Shown here one piece after another: positions 37,220 to 46,410 of a DNA stretch of 57,170 bases (position 1 is its first letter; every line of letters begins with the position of its first letter). Position numbers and translations under genes: made by a program. The stretch is from NCBI GenBank assembly GCA_040376255.1, contig JBEIQZ010000001.1, forward strand, positions 1 to 57,170. Direction: 5' to 3'. Below the pieces are notes generated by a model. The model made no database searches. It worked only from the letters and a program-made list of their open reading frames with translations, and was not told the origin of the DNA. The stretch is from Alphaproteobacteria bacterium. GTDB lineage: Bacteria > Myxococcota_A > UBA796 > SXON01.

Positions 37220-39058
37220 TCAGGGCTTCTGCTTCCCGGCGCCCGGATCGAGGAAATTCTGCCCGATCCGGCCCGGCGGATCGTCGCGGAGGAAGACGAT
37301 GCCGGTCCAGGTCGTGCCGATCGTGAGCGTCAGGAAGAACAGATCGACGGTGTACGCCGGCAGGAGCATCATGCCGAGCCAGCCGAGGAGGAACGGGAGC
37401 GGCATGCTCCAGAACCGCAGCGAGACAGTCAGGTTGGCGCAGATCCCGTAGCCGATCAGCAGGAGATCGGTGCCGAGGACAGCCTCCGGCGGCGCGCCGA
37501 TGCGCCAGCCCCAGAGCCGGTTCATCAGGACGAGGAGCATGCAGGAGCCTGCGACGATTGTGTTGATCCGGCCGACGGGGTTGTCGAGCCAGACGCGGCG
37601 CTGGATCCAGGAGACAATTCCCATGATGAAGGTCATGCCGATGTGGCTGCCGACCATCATCGGGTAGTCAAACGGGATGTTCTCGTAGATCCAGCGGTAA
37701 CGGATCTGGGCGGTGATGATGATCAGGCAGAAGGAGAAGAAGCCGATCCCGAACGCCCGGCCCCGCGCGGTCCGCCGCAGGCTCTCCTGGAGGGGGACGG
37801 GGGCAGTCTGTTGGCGGAGGTTCTCCTTCAGCTTGAGCTCCAGCAACGGCAGATCCCCACCCTGGTCACGGATCTTTTTCAATTGCTGTTGGACGTAGTT
37901 CGTATCGCCAAGCTCCAGCAGCCGGATCAGCCGGAGCTCCTCCAGCGCCCAGCTCTCACGCAGGATGAAGGTGTGCTCCCCTGCCATGTCCTGCGCCTGC
38001 TGGATGCGGAAGCCCGCCCGCTCCACCTCGGCGCGCTGGTGCTCGGAGGGCGGCAGCGTGCTGAGGCGCTCCAGGTCGGTGCGGACGGTCTCCAGGCGCA
38101 TCTGAGCGTTGTAGCCGCGAACAAATCGAATCAGATCCTGCTGAAATTCCTCTGCGGTCTGGTAGCGCTTCGCTGCGTCCGTGTGGCAGGCGCGCCGACA
38201 GATCTCAGCGAGCTGCGGCGGGATGTTCATCGGGAAGTCTGGCAGGATGTTCTTCCGGATCTGTTCGGCGCTCATCAGCACATCGGCGGTGTTTTCGATG
38301 GCGTGCGGCGTCCGGAGCAGCAGCAATTCCAGCAGGCAGCCGCCGAGCATGTAGATGTCGGTGGCCTGGCTGTGGGGCGCGCCGGGCGTCGCCATCTCCG
38401 GCGGCAGGTAGGCGAGCGTCCCGATGATCTCCTCGGTGATCGGCCTGCTGCTCAGCTCAGCGGCGAGGCCCCAGTCCATGATGTAGATCTCGCCGAACTG
38501 GCCGACCATGATGTTCTCGGGCTTCATGTCCCGGTGGAGGATGCCCTTGCTGTGCGCGAAGCGGAGCGGGTTGCAGACCTGGATGAGGATGTCGATGTGC
38601 CGGAGCAGCCGATCTGCAGGGTTGAGTATCGGCGGCGTGTGCTGGTGCGGATCGATGATCAGCTCCTTCCAGGAGACCCCGCTGACGAACTTCATCACCA
38701 TGCAGTGCCCGAGCTGTTCATGCTGGAACAGCATGTGCATCGGGACGATGTTGGGGTGATCGAGCTGCGCCATGATCTGCGCTTCGCGGTACAGGACGCT
38801 CTGGAGCGCGGCGGTGTCGTGGAGCGCGCGCTTGATAGCGACGTAGCGCCGCAGCTCTTCCTGCCACGCCAGCGACACCACCCCCATCCCGCCGACCCCC
38901 AGATCGCGCAGCAGCGTGAAATGCTGGTTCAGCACGCCATCGCTCAGCCGGATCGGGGCGTTGGATGTACCTCTCTCCAGGATCTGCTGATCTGGGTTGG
39001 GCTGAGTCGGGGTATAGGGCGAAGGGTAGTTTTCGCCATTATCCGAGGAGGGGTTCAT
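37220..39058 (-). CDS. Hanks-type Ser/Thr protein kinase with a polytopic C-terminal membrane domain
   Basis: Contains LGVGGMGVV, VAIKR, HRDMKPENIMV, DWGLA and GTLAYLPPE. The C-terminal ~200 aa holds about 5-6 hydrophobic helices. Confidence 0.88.
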   Translation of the reverse strand: MNPSSDNGENYPSPYTPTQPNPDQQILERGTSNAPIRLSDGVLNQHFTLLRDLGVGGMGVVSLAWQEELRRYVAIKRALHDTAALQSVLYREAQIMAQLDHPNIVPMHMLFQHEQLGHCMVMKFVSGVSWKELIIDPHQHTPPILNPADRLLRHIDILIQVCNPLRFAHSKGILHRDMKPENIMVGQFGEIYIMDWGLAAELSSRPITEEIIGTLAYLPPEMATPGAPHSQATDIYMLGGCLLELLLLRTPHAIENTADVLMSAEQIRKNILPDFPMNIPPQLAEICRRACHTDAAKRYQTAEEFQQDLIRFVRGYNAQMRLETVRTDLERLSTLPPSEHQRAEVERAGFRIQQAQDMAGEHTFILRESWALEELRLIRLLELGDTNYVQQQLKKIRDQGGDLPLLELKLKENLRQQTAPVPLQESLRRTARGRAFGIGFFSFCLIIITAQIRYRWIYENIPFDYPMMVGSHIGMTFIMGIVSWIQRRVWLDNPVGRINTIVAGSCMLLVLMNRLWGWRIGAPPEAVLGTDLLLIGYGICANLTVSLRFWSMPLPFLLGWLGMMLLPAYTVDLFFLTLTIGTTWTGIVFLRDDPPGRIGQNFLDPGAGKQKP

Positions 39059-39115
39059 CCGGTTGGCCGATCAGGTAGAGGAGCGTATGCTATCATAGCG
39101 CGATTTGGAGATGAT

Positions 39116-40738
39116 ATGCGTATTCTGTTGGTCATGCCAACCGCATTTGAGACAGGTCGTCTCGGGTTGGAGAACGTAATCTGGCTGTCCGAGCCGGTCT
39201 CTCTCACCGCGATCGCGGCGACGGTCAGCGGGAGGCATGAGGTGAAGATCCTCGATATGCGGCTGGAGGAGGAGACGGTGCTGGCGCGCGAGCTGGCCCG
39301 GTTCCAGCCTGATCTGGTCGGCACCACGTCGATGACCACCGACGCCTACCAGGCCCGCGCCGTCCTCCGCACCGCCCGCCACATCTGCCCGCAGGCGCTC
39401 ACGGTGATCGGCGGCCACATGCCGACGCTCTCTCCGAAGACCTTTGAAGAGCCTTATGTGGATGTCATCGTCCAGGGCGAGGGGGAGCAGACCTTCCAGG
39501 CGCTGGTGGAGCGCTGGGATCGGCAGCGCATGGGCGCCGATGGCAGACAGGATCGGAGCTTCTCAGGCATCGACGGGCTGCGCTGGCGCGACGCTGACGG
39601 CGGCTACAGCCTCGCCCCCAAGCGCGCCCAGACCGTCGACCTCGACACCCTGCCCGCCCCTGACCGGCGCCTGCTCGACCGCTACAAGGGCCGCTACTTC
39701 TACACCACCGCGCGCGGCATCGCCTCGATCTTCACAAGCCGTGGGTGCAGCTTCGACTGCAATTTCTGCGCGATCTGGGAGTTCTACGAGCGGCGCACCC
39801 GCTTCCTCTCCGCGAAGAAGATCGCCGATCAGATGGAGTCCTGTGAGGAGAAGTGCGTCTTCATCCTCGACGACAACTTCCTCTCCCGCAAGTCCCGCCT
39901 CGTCGAGCTGTGCGATGAATTAGAGAGGCGTAACATCCGTAAATACTGGATGACCCAGGGGCGCACCGACTTCGTCGCGGACAACCCGGAGCTGATGGCG
40001 CGGCTGGCGAAGAACGGCATGGTGGGGCTGCTCTCCGGCTATGAGTCCAACGATGACGACTCGCTGAAGGCGCTCCGCAAGAACAATTCCTACGAGAAGA
40101 ACCTGAAGGCCAACCGCATCCTCTCTTCGCTGGGGATCCTCTCTACCGGCATCTTCATGGTCCGCCCCGACTGGACTGAGCAGCAATTCGATCAGCTCTA
40201 CGCCTACATCAACAGCCTGGAGGTCGGCATCCCGCTGGTCACCATCCTCACGCCGCTCCCCGGCACCCAGATGTACCGCACCTACGAGCAGCAGCTCCTC
40301 ACCCACGACTACCGCCTGTTCGATCTCATGCACCCCGTCCTCCCCACCCGCCTGCCGCGCGCCGAGTTCTACCGGCATTTTGCCCGCTCCGTCGATGCGG
40401 TCCGGCCCTCGATCCGGCGGGCCATGCGCGGGATGCTGCAGCGGCGGCCCGAGGTCATCCGCGAGATGCTGCCGGGCTTCGCGTGGTTCTTCGCCCGCAC
40501 CTGGCGCTACCAGCGGGTCCACCGCGATCCGCAGTCCTTCCTGCGCGACGAGCAGGGCCTCCTCACCGGCCCCGGCGCCCGCTCGCAGGCCGGGTGGTCG
40601 AGCGTCCTGTATTCGCAGGGCGAGGCCCATGAGGAGCAGGACGGGCAGCAGGCGATCCCGCAGGCTGTCCAGCGTCCGGGCGCCCGCAAGCGCCCGCGCC
40701 TGTGGTACGAGGAGCTTCCCATGGCAGGTGCATCATGA
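39116..40738 (+). CDS. B12-binding-domain radical SAM enzyme
   Basis: N-terminal Rossmann-like B12 domain (MRILLVMPT...TTSMTT). CSFDCNFC (CxxxCxxC) cluster motif. Only the last 540 codons of the 1225-aa track ORF are credible. Confidence 0.85.
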   Translation: MRILLVMPTAFETGRLGLENVIWLSEPVSLTAIAATVSGRHEVKILDMRLEEETVLARELARFQPDLVGTTSMTTDAYQARAVLRTARHICPQALTVIGGHMPTLSPKTFEEPYVDVIVQGEGEQTFQALVERWDRQRMGADGRQDRSFSGIDGLRWRDADGGYSLAPKRAQTVDLDTLPAPDRRLLDRYKGRYFYTTARGIASIFTSRGCSFDCNFCAIWEFYERRTRFLSAKKIADQMESCEEKCVFILDDNFLSRKSRLVELCDELERRNIRKYWMTQGRTDFVADNPELMARLAKNGMVGLLSGYESNDDDSLKALRKNNSYEKNLKANRILSSLGILSTGIFMVRPDWTEQQFDQLYAYINSLEVGIPLVTILTPLPGTQMYRTYEQQLLTHDYRLFDLMHPVLPTRLPRAEFYRHFARSVDAVRPSIRRAMRGMLQRRPEVIREMLPGFAWFFARTWRYQRVHRDPQSFLRDEQGLLTGPGARSQAGWSSVLYSQGEAHEEQDGQQAIPQAVQRPGARKRPRLWYEELPMAGAS

Positions 40739-41601
40739 ACGCCAGAGAATTCCTCTCCGACCTCCGCCGTGAGATCGCCGCCCACCCCGGCGTCAACCAC
40801 CTGTTCCTCAACCGCCTCGCCACCACGCCGTTCTCCAAGGAGGACTACCGGGTGTTCGGGGAGAACCACTTCCCCCTGGTCTGCGTGTTCACCTCCTACC
40901 TGGAGACCCTGCTGCTGCGCGCCCCTGACAGCGAGGCGCGGCTCTGGCTGGCGAAGGTGCTGGTGGATGAGTACGGCGAGGGGTCGGAGGGGCACGATCA
41001 CGCGCAGCTCTACGGCGACTACCTGAAGTCCGCCGGGGGCGATCCGGCCTTCGTGCGGGACGGTCGCGTGCCGGCCCCGGCGCTGCGGTTCATCCAGACC
41101 CACCGATCCATCGTCCGCACCCGCCCGTTCCTGGAGGGGCTCGGCGCGGTCGGGCCGGGGCATGAGTGGGCGATCCCGGCGATGTTCGAGGCGGTGATCC
41201 CCGGCCTGCGGCGGGCCGGGTTCGCTGAGTACGACATGCGCTACTTCACCCTGCACGTCGATCAGGACGGCGATCACGGCGCCTGGCTGGAGGAGGCGCT
41301 GGCCCGCTACGCGACCAACCCGGAGGCGCAGGCGCAGATCCGGAAGGGCGCGCTCGCCAGCCTGGAGGCCCGCGCGGAATTCTGGGACGGCGTTCAGCGG
41401 CAGGTCATCCGGTACCGCCAGCCCCGGACTGTCCGGCAGGACGCCCCGACGCCGCGCCCGATCCATCGGGAGCTCGCGCTGATGCTGTGGGACGCGCTGC
41501 CGATCAGCCGCCGCGTCGAGGCGGGTATCAGCCGCCTGCGCGACGCCCGGCTCCCGACGCTGACGGAGGTGGTGGAGGAGGGGCGCCGGATCGGCGCTTG
41601 A
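40735..41601 (+). CDS. Heme-oxygenase-like fold iron-containing redox enzyme (Haem_oxygenas_2 / CADD-PqqC-like)
   Basis: HPGVNHLFLNRL...FPLVCVFTSYLETLL...LVDEYGEGSEGHDHAQLY pattern. ATGA overlap with the radical SAM stop codon. Confidence 0.65.
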   Translation: MNAREFLSDLRREIAAHPGVNHLFLNRLATTPFSKEDYRVFGENHFPLVCVFTSYLETLLLRAPDSEARLWLAKVLVDEYGEGSEGHDHAQLYGDYLKSAGGDPAFVRDGRVPAPALRFIQTHRSIVRTRPFLEGLGAVGPGHEWAIPAMFEAVIPGLRRAGFAEYDMRYFTLHVDQDGDHGAWLEEALARYATNPEAQAQIRKGALASLEARAEFWDGVQRQVIRYRQPRTVRQDAPTPRPIHRELALMLWDALPISRRVEAGISRLRDARLPTLTEVVEEGRRIGA

Positions 41602-41632
41602 TCCGCGCCTGATCCGCCTCAGGGGCTCCGCG

Positions 41633-42748
41633 CTACTCCCACTGCCACTCCGGCGCCGGGGACGGCACATAGGCCGCCGCCTCGGCGTCCCCGAGCAGCC
41701 CGCGCAGCCACGCGGTGCTGACGGACTGCACGCGCGCCTGCGCGGTCGCATCGTCGAGGGTGGGGTCGCAATAGCTGTTGTCCGGGAGGATCTGGCAGGC
41801 GTTGGAGAAGGAGTAGTGGGAGGCGCCGACGAGCGTCGCCAGCCGCTTCTCTGCCTGGATGTCCGCCGCGATCCGCGCGACCTCCTCCGGCGGCACCGAG
41901 GTGTCCTCCGACCCGGCCATCAGCAGCACCGGGGCGCTGATCGAGGACAGCCCGCCCGCCAGCACCTCATAGGCGGCGGGCGCCATCGGCAGGCTCGCCC
42001 AGACGCGCGGGTCGCTGTGATCGATGATCGCGTCGTCGCCGTAGGATGCCGCGATCTCCTCCAGCTCCCCGCAGAGCCAGAGCCAGCCCCCCCCGGCGCA
42101 GACCTCCCGCCCCCGCGCGACGTCCACATAGGCGCCCGCCGTCGCGAGCGCGGTGTAGCCGCCGAAGCTGTGGCCAACCACCGCATAGCCCGCCGCCGCG
42201 TCCACGCAGCCCTCAAGCGCGTCCCCCGGCGTCTCCGAGCGCGCGACGAGCCGGTCGAAGGCGTCAGCCACGTCCCAGGGGCGCCGCAGCACGACCTCGG
42301 TCATCCGGGCGCTGTCGGCGTCGAGCATGGTGTTGGCGGTGTGATCGGGGGCGGCGACGATGAAGCCGTGGCTGGTGAGGTACTCCGTCAAAAAGTAGGA
42401 CTGCCACCGGATGCCCTCGTTGCCGTGGCTGAACACCACGACCGGGCGCGGGCTGTCGCAGGCCGCCGGGCCGTGGGCGGAGGCGGTCGGGGAGGCCCAG
42501 AAGCCGTCGTAGCTCGCCAGCCCGCCGTCGCCGCGCTCAGACGGGTACCAGATCTGGAGGGCGAGCGGCACACCCTCCCGCGACACGATCTCCTCCGCCT
42601 CCGTTACCGCGTCCCACGGGCCGGGCTGCTCCGGCGTGTACCACGGCGCGGCCTCCTGCTTCGCGCCCTCCGCGCACCCCGGCAGCCACGCGATCAGCAG
42701 CATCCCGCTCAGCACCCTCCCGCTCAGCACCCTCTGTGTCCCGCTCAT
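41633..42748 (-). CDS. Secreted alpha/beta hydrolase (PAF-acetylhydrolase / dienelactone-hydrolase-like), lipoprotein
   Basis: VVFSHGNEG and VVGHSFGGYTA (GxSxG). LIAWLPGC lipobox. ATG 42748 is preceded by GGAGG. Confidence 0.7.
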   Translation of the reverse strand: MSGTQRVLSGRVLSGMLLIAWLPGCAEGAKQEAAPWYTPEQPGPWDAVTEAEEIVSREGVPLALQIWYPSERGDGGLASYDGFWASPTASAHGPAACDSPRPVVVFSHGNEGIRWQSYFLTEYLTSHGFIVAAPDHTANTMLDADSARMTEVVLRRPWDVADAFDRLVARSETPGDALEGCVDAAAGYAVVGHSFGGYTALATAGAYVDVARGREVCAGGGWLWLCGELEEIAASYGDDAIIDHSDPRVWASLPMAPAAYEVLAGGLSSISAPVLLMAGSEDTSVPPEEVARIAADIQAEKRLATLVGASHYSFSNACQILPDNSYCDPTLDDATAQARVQSVSTAWLRGLLGDAEAAAYVPSPAPEWQWE

Positions 42749-42816
42749 CCCGCCTCCAGTGCGGCGCACACCCGGATCAGGTTACCCGCTCTGCCTCAAC
42801 ATACCACGGAACCCGC

Positions 42817-43854
42817 TTGTCCCTGCCTGCGACCCCCTTCGCCTTCGCGCTCTGCCAGCCCGGCACTGAGCGCCTGCTGAAAGCCGAGATCCTCCGGCTC
42901 CGCCCCGACCTCCACCCCGGCTTCCAGCGGCCGGGCATGCTCACGTTCAAGGCCACCGCCCGCCCCTGGCAGGCGGGGGAGCAGGTCGAGGGATCGCTGT
43001 TCGGGCGGCTCTGGGCATGCAGCGCCGGGACCGCTGCGGCGCCCGCCGATGTCCCCGCGCTGCTCGCCCGGCTCCCTGGCCGCTTCCGCCTGCTGGTCGG
43101 CCCGCGCGATCAGGGGATGGCCGACGAGGTGCCGCCCGCCCGGCAGGCCGCCGCCGACGCGCAGGCGGCGGAGTGGCGCGCCGCGCTCAGCGCGCTGCTC
43201 CCCGGCGCCTCGGACAGCGCCCCGGTCCCGGGCGATCCGGTGGTGGAGGTGATCACCAGCCCCGGAGAGCCGGCGCTGGTCGGCTGGCGCACCCACCGGG
43301 CGGGGCTGCCGGACGCCCCCGGCGGGCGCTACGCCTACGATCTGCCCGACCACATGCCCTCCCGCGCCTGGCGCAAGGTCACCGAGGGCGCCCGCTTCGC
43401 CGGGAACGGCCCCCGCCGGGGGGATCGGGTGCTGGAGATCGGCGCGTCGCCGGGCGGCGGCACCCTCGCGCTGCTGGGGATGGGCGCCTCGGTCGTCGCG
43501 GTCGATCCGCAGCCGATGGACCCGGCGGTCCTCGCCAGCCCCCACGTCCGCTGGCTGCCGAAGGCGGTCGGCAGCATCCCGCTGGAGGAATTGCCCGGCG
43601 ACCTGAGCTGGATCGTCTGCGACGCCGGGATCGCCCCCGCCCTCGCCATCCGGAGCATCCGGCGCCTCGTCGCCGGGCGCCGCCGCACGATCAAGGGGCT
43701 GTTCTGGACGCTGAAGCTCAACGACGCGGCCACGGTCGGGAGCCTGCCCGCGCTGCTCGGGCAGGTGCGCGAGATGGGGTTCTCTGTCGTCCGGGCGCGC
43801 CAGCTCCCCTCCAACCGCCGCGATCTGTTCGTGTTCGCGGAGATGCCTGCCTGA
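42817..43854 (+). CDS. SAM-dependent methyltransferase, RlmM/FtsJ-like
   Basis: SRAWRKVTEG...VLEIGASPGGGTLALLGMGASVVAVDP motif I and VCDAGIAP. The start is uncertain; TTG 42817 was chosen to avoid overlap with the divergent hydrolase. Confidence 0.5.
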   Translation: MSLPATPFAFALCQPGTERLLKAEILRLRPDLHPGFQRPGMLTFKATARPWQAGEQVEGSLFGRLWACSAGTAAAPADVPALLARLPGRFRLLVGPRDQGMADEVPPARQAAADAQAAEWRAALSALLPGASDSAPVPGDPVVEVITSPGEPALVGWRTHRAGLPDAPGGRYAYDLPDHMPSRAWRKVTEGARFAGNGPRRGDRVLEIGASPGGGTLALLGMGASVVAVDPQPMDPAVLASPHVRWLPKAVGSIPLEELPGDLSWIVCDAGIAPALAIRSIRRLVAGRRRTIKGLFWTLKLNDAATVGSLPALLGQVREMGFSVVRARQLPSNRRDLFVFAEMPA

Positions 43855-43871
43855 TCTTTGTGGGCCTGAGA

Positions 43872-44645
43872 TCAGGCGCGGTTCTTCCGCTCCGTCCGAT
43901 CCTCCAATTCCACCAGCCGCACCGTCAGCGCCTCCGAGATCAGCTCCGCGTCGGCCATCGCCCCGCGCGCGAACCCGTGCGGCCCGGCGGCGTTGACCAT
44001 CTCCAGGCAGCCGAGCACCCGATCCCCGTCCCGCAGCGGCACGCAGAGCAGGCTGCGGGTGCGCTGGCCGGTGCGCTCGTCGATCTGGCGGTGGAAGCGG
44101 GCGTCCGAGTAGGGTTCGTGGATGTTGAGCGCGGCGCTGTGCTCTACACAGAACCCGGCGAACCCGGCGCGCGGCGGGAGGATCTGCCCGATCAGCGCCT
44201 GACCGGACTCGCCTGTGGCGGCGATGAAGCGCATGCCGCCGTCCGGCTGCACCAGCAGCACCGCCCCGCCCTCGGTGGGGATGAGCAGGTCGCAGAAGGT
44301 CAGCGCCGCCAGCGCAGCCTCGTCGGGGGTGACGGCGGCGCGGATCGCGTCCATCGCGGCGGTCGTGGAGTCGGTGGTGTCCTCCGGCGCCTCGAACAAA
44401 AACTCGGATGTCTCCTCGTTCGATGGCTCCAGCTCGATCTGCCCCATCGGCTGTACCACGAACCCCTCGCCCAGCCGCGCGTCCTGCACGAGGATCTGCC
44501 CGTTCCGCAGCACCTCGCAGGCCAGCCGCTCGATGCGGGTGGACAGGCAGAGCTGCTCCATGGCCACCCCGAGCGCGATCAGCCAGTTGGCGGCGCTCAC
44601 CTCCCGATCCCCATACCGGACGGATTGAATGCGGAAGCGTGGCAT
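43872..44645 (-). CDS. GAF-domain protein
   Basis: The C-terminal ~150 aa has a GAF-like pattern (LLCVPLRDGDRVLGCLEMVN). Confidence 0.6.
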   Translation of the reverse strand: MPRFRIQSVRYGDREVSAANWLIALGVAMEQLCLSTRIERLACEVLRNGQILVQDARLGEGFVVQPMGQIELEPSNEETSEFLFEAPEDTTDSTTAAMDAIRAAVTPDEAALAALTFCDLLIPTEGGAVLLVQPDGGMRFIAATGESGQALIGQILPPRAGFAGFCVEHSAALNIHEPYSDARFHRQIDERTGQRTRSLLCVPLRDGDRVLGCLEMVNAAGPHGFARGAMADAELISEALTVRLVELEDRTERKNRA

Positions 44646-44677
44646 GCTGGACTCCCTGCATCGGTTATCCCGCCTGC

Positions 44678-46348
44678 ATGCAGAAAGCAGCCATCTGGAT
44701 CCTGTTGCTCGCCGCCGGGCTGCGCCTTTATGCGCTGGACTTCGGCCTGCCGCTCGCGGAGGCGCGACCGGATGAGCTGACCATCGCCTTTCAGGCGATG
44801 AAATTCGGTACGTTTGACTTCAATCCGCACTCCTTCAATTACCCCAGCCTGTTCAAATACGTCGTGTTCGGCCTGTTCGGTGGCTGGTACGTCATCGGGC
44901 GGTTGATCGGGCTGTTTGGCGGGCAGGAGGAATTCCTGCGGTCTTTTTTCACCGGCGCGGTCAGCTTCCGCCTGATTATGCGGCTGCTGAGCGCGCTGAT
45001 GGGGACGCTCAACGTCTGGCTCCTGCTGCGCCTGCCCGCGCCGCCCGCTCAGATCGACCGCGCAGGCCCCGTCGCCGCGCTGTTCCTCGCCCTCTCCTTC
45101 CTGCATGTCCGCGACAGCCACTTCGGCGTCACCGACGTCACCATGGTCTGCCTCGCCACCGCCGCCGTCCTGCTCGCCCAGCGCATGCACCGGCTCCGCA
45201 CCCCGGACGCCGCTCTGATCGCCGGGGTCGTCGCCGGGCTCTGCACCTCCACCAAGTACAACGGCGCGCTGCTCGCCCTGCCCCTCGCCCTCGCCGCGCT
45301 CCTGCCCTCCCCCGGCATGCCCTGGGCGCCGGATCGGGGCAGGCTCTCGCGGCTCGGGCTGGCGGCGGCGGCGATGATCGGCGGCTTCCTGCTCGGCACG
45401 CCGTACGCCCTGCTCGACGCCCCGACCTTCTGGCAGGATTTTTCCTACGAGGCCCGCCACCTCGCCGCCGGTCACTACCTCGACATCGGCATCGGCTGGG
45501 TCCACCACGTCCAGAATTCCCTCCGCTACGGCATGGGCCTGCCCGCCCTGGTCGTCGCCGGGGTCGGGGTGCTGTGGCACCTCTGGCGCGATCCCCGGCA
45601 GGCCGCGCTGCTCTACTCCTTCCCTGTCGCCTATTATCTGCTGATCGGGCGCGGAGAGACAGCGTTCTTCCGCTATATCCTCCCGGTCATCCCCTTCCTC
45701 TGCATCGCCGCCGGTCACCTGCTCGCCCGCCTGTTCCCCCGTGGCCGCACCGCGCTGCTCCTCGCCCTCCTGCTGCTGTCCCCCTCGCTCCAGCGCTCCC
45801 TCTCCGCCCTCCGCCTGATGGGCCACGGCGACACCCGCGACGCGATGGGCGCGTGGATCGAGCAGAACGTCCCCGACGAGGCCCGCATCGTCCACGCGGG
45901 CGCCTACACCGGCGCGCCGATGCTGCAACGCAGCGTAGAGAACCAGATGCGCGAGTACCAGGCCAAAGCCGGGCGCAGCGACGTCGCCGGCTTCCGCAAG
46001 CCCGACGACCCCCGCTGGTACGACCGCAGCCGCCCCACCTACGACGTGCTGTTCGTCCGCAAGGAGGGCATCGAGTTCGCCAGCCAGCTGTCGGTCGGGG
46101 AGATCGTGGCGGAACCGCCGGAGTGGCTGATGCTGGAAGACTATTTTCTTATCCACTACAGCCATGTCCCTGAGGAGATCCGCGAGATGGCCGCGCGCGG
46201 CTACACGCTCGCCCACGAGGAGAGCGCCTGGGAGGGAGATCTGAACCCCGTCTTCGACCAGCAGGACGCCTTCTATCTGCCAGTGGACGGCTTCAAAGGC
46301 TTCAGCCGGATGGGCCCGACGCTGCGGCTCTATCGCCGGAGCAGGTAG
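44678..46348 (+). CDS. GT-C fold glycosyltransferase (family 39 / ArnT-PMT-like), polytopic membrane protein
   Basis: MQKAAIWILLLAAGLRLYAL...DELT N-terminal loop motif. More than 10 hydrophobic helices. Soluble C-terminal domain. Confidence 0.7.
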   Translation: MQKAAIWILLLAAGLRLYALDFGLPLAEARPDELTIAFQAMKFGTFDFNPHSFNYPSLFKYVVFGLFGGWYVIGRLIGLFGGQEEFLRSFFTGAVSFRLIMRLLSALMGTLNVWLLLRLPAPPAQIDRAGPVAALFLALSFLHVRDSHFGVTDVTMVCLATAAVLLAQRMHRLRTPDAALIAGVVAGLCTSTKYNGALLALPLALAALLPSPGMPWAPDRGRLSRLGLAAAAMIGGFLLGTPYALLDAPTFWQDFSYEARHLAAGHYLDIGIGWVHHVQNSLRYGMGLPALVVAGVGVLWHLWRDPRQAALLYSFPVAYYLLIGRGETAFFRYILPVIPFLCIAAGHLLARLFPRGRTALLLALLLLSPSLQRSLSALRLMGHGDTRDAMGAWIEQNVPDEARIVHAGAYTGAPMLQRSVENQMREYQAKAGRSDVAGFRKPDDPRWYDRSRPTYDVLFVRKEGIEFASQLSVGEIVAEPPEWLMLEDYFLIHYSHVPEEIREMAARGYTLAHEESAWEGDLNPVFDQQDAFYLPVDGFKGFSRMGPTLRLYRRSR

Positions 46349-46410
46349 CTTAAACGGGCTGGGTCCTCCGTGTATAGCGCAGCGTGTGCCTCCCAAACCG
46401 GCCTTTGGCT

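Noticed and set aside
37061-39115. N-terminal 685 codons of the 1225-aa plus-strand ORF
   Set aside because: This part is antisense to the Ser/Thr kinase and the cytochrome. Only the part from ATG 39116 (MRILLVMPT...) has radical SAM/B12 motifs.
42796-46396. Long ORFs at 42796-44661 (-), 43017-44780 (+) and 44597-46396 (-)
   Set aside because: All are antisense or out of frame relative to the RlmM-like, GAF and GT-C genes, which do have motifs. All three have low-complexity R/G/A/P-rich translations.
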